From assembly GCF_006345805.1 (NCBI RefSeq), contig NC_042997.1, positions 80,910,001-80,974,000 of the forward strand: a stretch of DNA of 64,000 nucleotides, given 5' to 3'. The notes beneath the pieces are model-generated. The model was not told the origin of the DNA. It made no database searches and saw only the letters and a list, made by a program, of their open reading frames with translations. A program made the translations under genes and the position numbers. Below, piece by piece: positions 61,862-64,000 of the stretch (positions are counted from its first letter, which is position 1; each line of letters begins with the position of its first letter). The DNA is from Octopus sinensis. Taxonomy: Eukaryota.

Positions 61862-63648
61862 AAGAGGAATATTCCAGGGAGACACACTCTCTCCACTCCT
61901 TTTCTGCTTGGCACTGTCACCTCTATCTGATATGCTAAATAGAACTGGATGCGGATATAAATGTTACGGCAAAACGATCAGCCACCTTTTATATATGGAT
62001 GACCTAAAACTATACGCTCCAAATGACAAACAGCTGGAAACACTATGAAAGACAGTTCATGGATTTACCAAAGAAATAGATATGAAATTTGGATTAGAAA
62101 AATGCGCCAAAGTAACCATGAAAAGAGGAAAACTAGTTAAAAGTAACAACATCACACTAGATAAAACCAATGAAATAAAAGAATTAGACCAAAGCCAAAC
62201 TTACAAATATTTAGGAATCCATGAACTAGATAAGACACAAGACACACAAATGAAAGAGAAAATAAAAAAAGAATATTATAGACGAGTTAGATCAATACTA
62301 AAAACAGAGCTCAATGCTAAAAACAAGATAATAGGTATCAACACTTTAGCTGTCCCAGTTATAAGTTACAGCTACAATATCCTTAACTGGACACGAAATG
62401 AACTGTCCAAAATAGATAGGAAAACAAGAAAAATACTGACAGGATCTAGGATGCATCACCCAAAATCTGACATAGAAAGACTATATATACAACGTATAGA
62501 AGGTGGTAGAGGCCTTATACAGCTGGAAAACTACTATAAAATAACCACCATAGGACTGCAAAAATACCTACTTCAGAAGGAAGGAAAACTGATCCAGATA
62601 GCAGCAAAACACGAGCAAAACAAAAAACTGTTCTCAGTATTTAAGGAAGCTGACAAATACAAACAAGAAATCATACCACCTAATAAACACGAAGAAGAAG
62701 AAGAAGATGATGAAGAAACAACAAAAGCTATAAAACAAATGAAATCCAAACTAAAAATAGAACAGCAACGAACCATGATAAAACGATGGCAAGAAAAGCC
62801 CCTTCATGGTAAATACTGGACTAAACTAAACGCAAAAGAAATAGACAAAGAAAGATCCCAGCAATGGTTGAGAAGCTCAGGACTCAAAGCAGAGACAGAG
62901 GGATTTTTAATTGCAGCACAAGACCAAAGCCTCCCCACCAGAAATTACCAAAAACATGTAATGAAAAGAAATATTACAAGTAACTGCAGAATATGTGGAG
63001 ATGGACAAGAAACAATAAATCATATTATCTCTAGCTGCCCAGTCCTGGCTAAGAAGGAATATATTCACAGACATGACAGAGTTGGAACCTACATACACTG
63101 GAAGCTATGCCAACATTATGGAATAACAACAGAAAAAAGATGGTATAGGCACACACCAGAAAAGGTTACAGAAAACGAGAAAGCAACCATACTCTGGGAT
63201 ATGCCGATACACACAGATAGAGAAATTAAGGCCAACAGACCAGATATAGTTGTCAGAGATCATGAAGAAAAAAAATGCTTTCTAATTGATGTATCAATAC
63301 CGGCAGATGACAACGTGTCTCTAAAAGAAATGGAGAAACTCTCAAAATACAAAGACCTGGAAATAGAGGTAACTAGAATGTGGAATCTGAAAACAGAAAC
63401 AATTCCTATCATAGTAGGTGCATTAGGCATGATAAAAAAATATTCAGACAAATACATAACAAAAACACCAGGACTTACAAACACATATATCATACAGAAA
63501 ATTGCACTACTAGGCACTGCACACATCCTACGCAGAGCACTTTCCATACAATAACCATCAGAGCATCACAACAAATCACAGCACATACCCAAGGCACACA
63601 GAGCTGCGCTCGGTAGTGAAGTGAAAGCACGCTATAAAAATAAAACTA

Positions 63649-63651
<3 letters not shown>
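61862..63651 (+). mobile_element. R4/Dong-like retrotransposon, young copy B (5'-truncated)
   Basis: Near-identical to 58460-60341; preceded by (AAT)n(AAG)n and followed by (AAT)n. Confidence 0.93.
62082..63554 (+). CDS. Retrotransposon ORF C-terminal part: RT thumb, CCHC zinc knuckle, restriction-like endonuclease
   Basis: 490-aa open frame with MKFGLEKCAK, YKYLG, CRICGDGQETINHIISSC...RHD and RPDIVVRD...LIDVSIP...EKLSKY; the upstream RT part is separated by an in-frame TGA at 62046-62048. Confidence 0.85.
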   Translation: MKFGLEKCAKVTMKRGKLVKSNNITLDKTNEIKELDQSQTYKYLGIHELDKTQDTQMKEKIKKEYYRRVRSILKTELNAKNKIIGINTLAVPVISYSYNILNWTRNELSKIDRKTRKILTGSRMHHPKSDIERLYIQRIEGGRGLIQLENYYKITTIGLQKYLLQKEGKLIQIAAKHEQNKKLFSVFKEADKYKQEIIPPNKHEEEEEDDEETTKAIKQMKSKLKIEQQRTMIKRWQEKPLHGKYWTKLNAKEIDKERSQQWLRSSGLKAETEGFLIAAQDQSLPTRNYQKHVMKRNITSNCRICGDGQETINHIISSCPVLAKKEYIHRHDRVGTYIHWKLCQHYGITTEKRWYRHTPEKVTENEKATILWDMPIHTDREIKANRPDIVVRDHEEKKCFLIDVSIPADDNVSLKEMEKLSKYKDLEIEVTRMWNLKTETIPIIVGALGMIKKYSDKYITKTPGLTNTYIIQKIALLGTAHILRRALSIQ

Positions 63652-63683
<32 letters not shown>

Positions 63684-64000
63684 CCTTATTCAGGGACCTT
63701 TTGAGTGGAATAGGCTACTGAACCTGAAGAAAATTCTTACTTGGCCCCACCTGCAAGGTCATGTGCTGTTTATGATGATATGAGATCTCCATGCTGTGCA
63801 CATATGGTTGTGATGCATGTGCCTGGTGTACCCTTATCAGACAGATAGTCCTGATGGTTATACTGGGATTTGTATATTTTACCCCAGTGTCACTTTGATG
63901 GCATGCACTGCTCTCTCACTCAATAATAATAATGATAACAGTAAAGCTTTCTTTTATTGGCTACAAGGGCAGGCAATTCAAGGAAAACAACACGAACACA

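Overview
AT-rich, repeat-dominated eukaryotic genomic DNA. The SINE and RTE families and the microsatellite content suggest an octopus/cephalopod genome (inference from recognised repeat motifs, not a database hit). No host protein-coding gene can be identified with confidence; only isolated splice-bounded candidate exons are seen (best: 15441-15517). Almost all tracked ORFs are microsatellite artefacts or transposon relics. Mobile content: RTE-clade LINEs and many copies of their 3' tail; three tRNA-derived SINE families; two mariner elements and a mariner MITE; Tc1 and piggyBac relics and piggyBac MITEs; Helitron and Helentron-type non-autonomous elements; a deleted Gypsy-like LTR element; a complete Chapaev3-like DNA transposon with TAA TSD; and a cluster of six R4/Dong-like RLE retrotransposon copies in (AAT)n-type microsatellites at 49-63.7 kb. 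The most notable non-annotated signals are a type I hammerhead-ribozyme motif present twice in a 1272-bp tandem duplication (6392-6475, 7664-7747), a degenerate hammerhead at about 31.8 kb, a Helitron-bounded composite carrying a piggyBac fragment (4002-5483), a ~240-bp near-perfect palindrome inside a (TA)n tract, and twin Dong copies sharing one premature stop.
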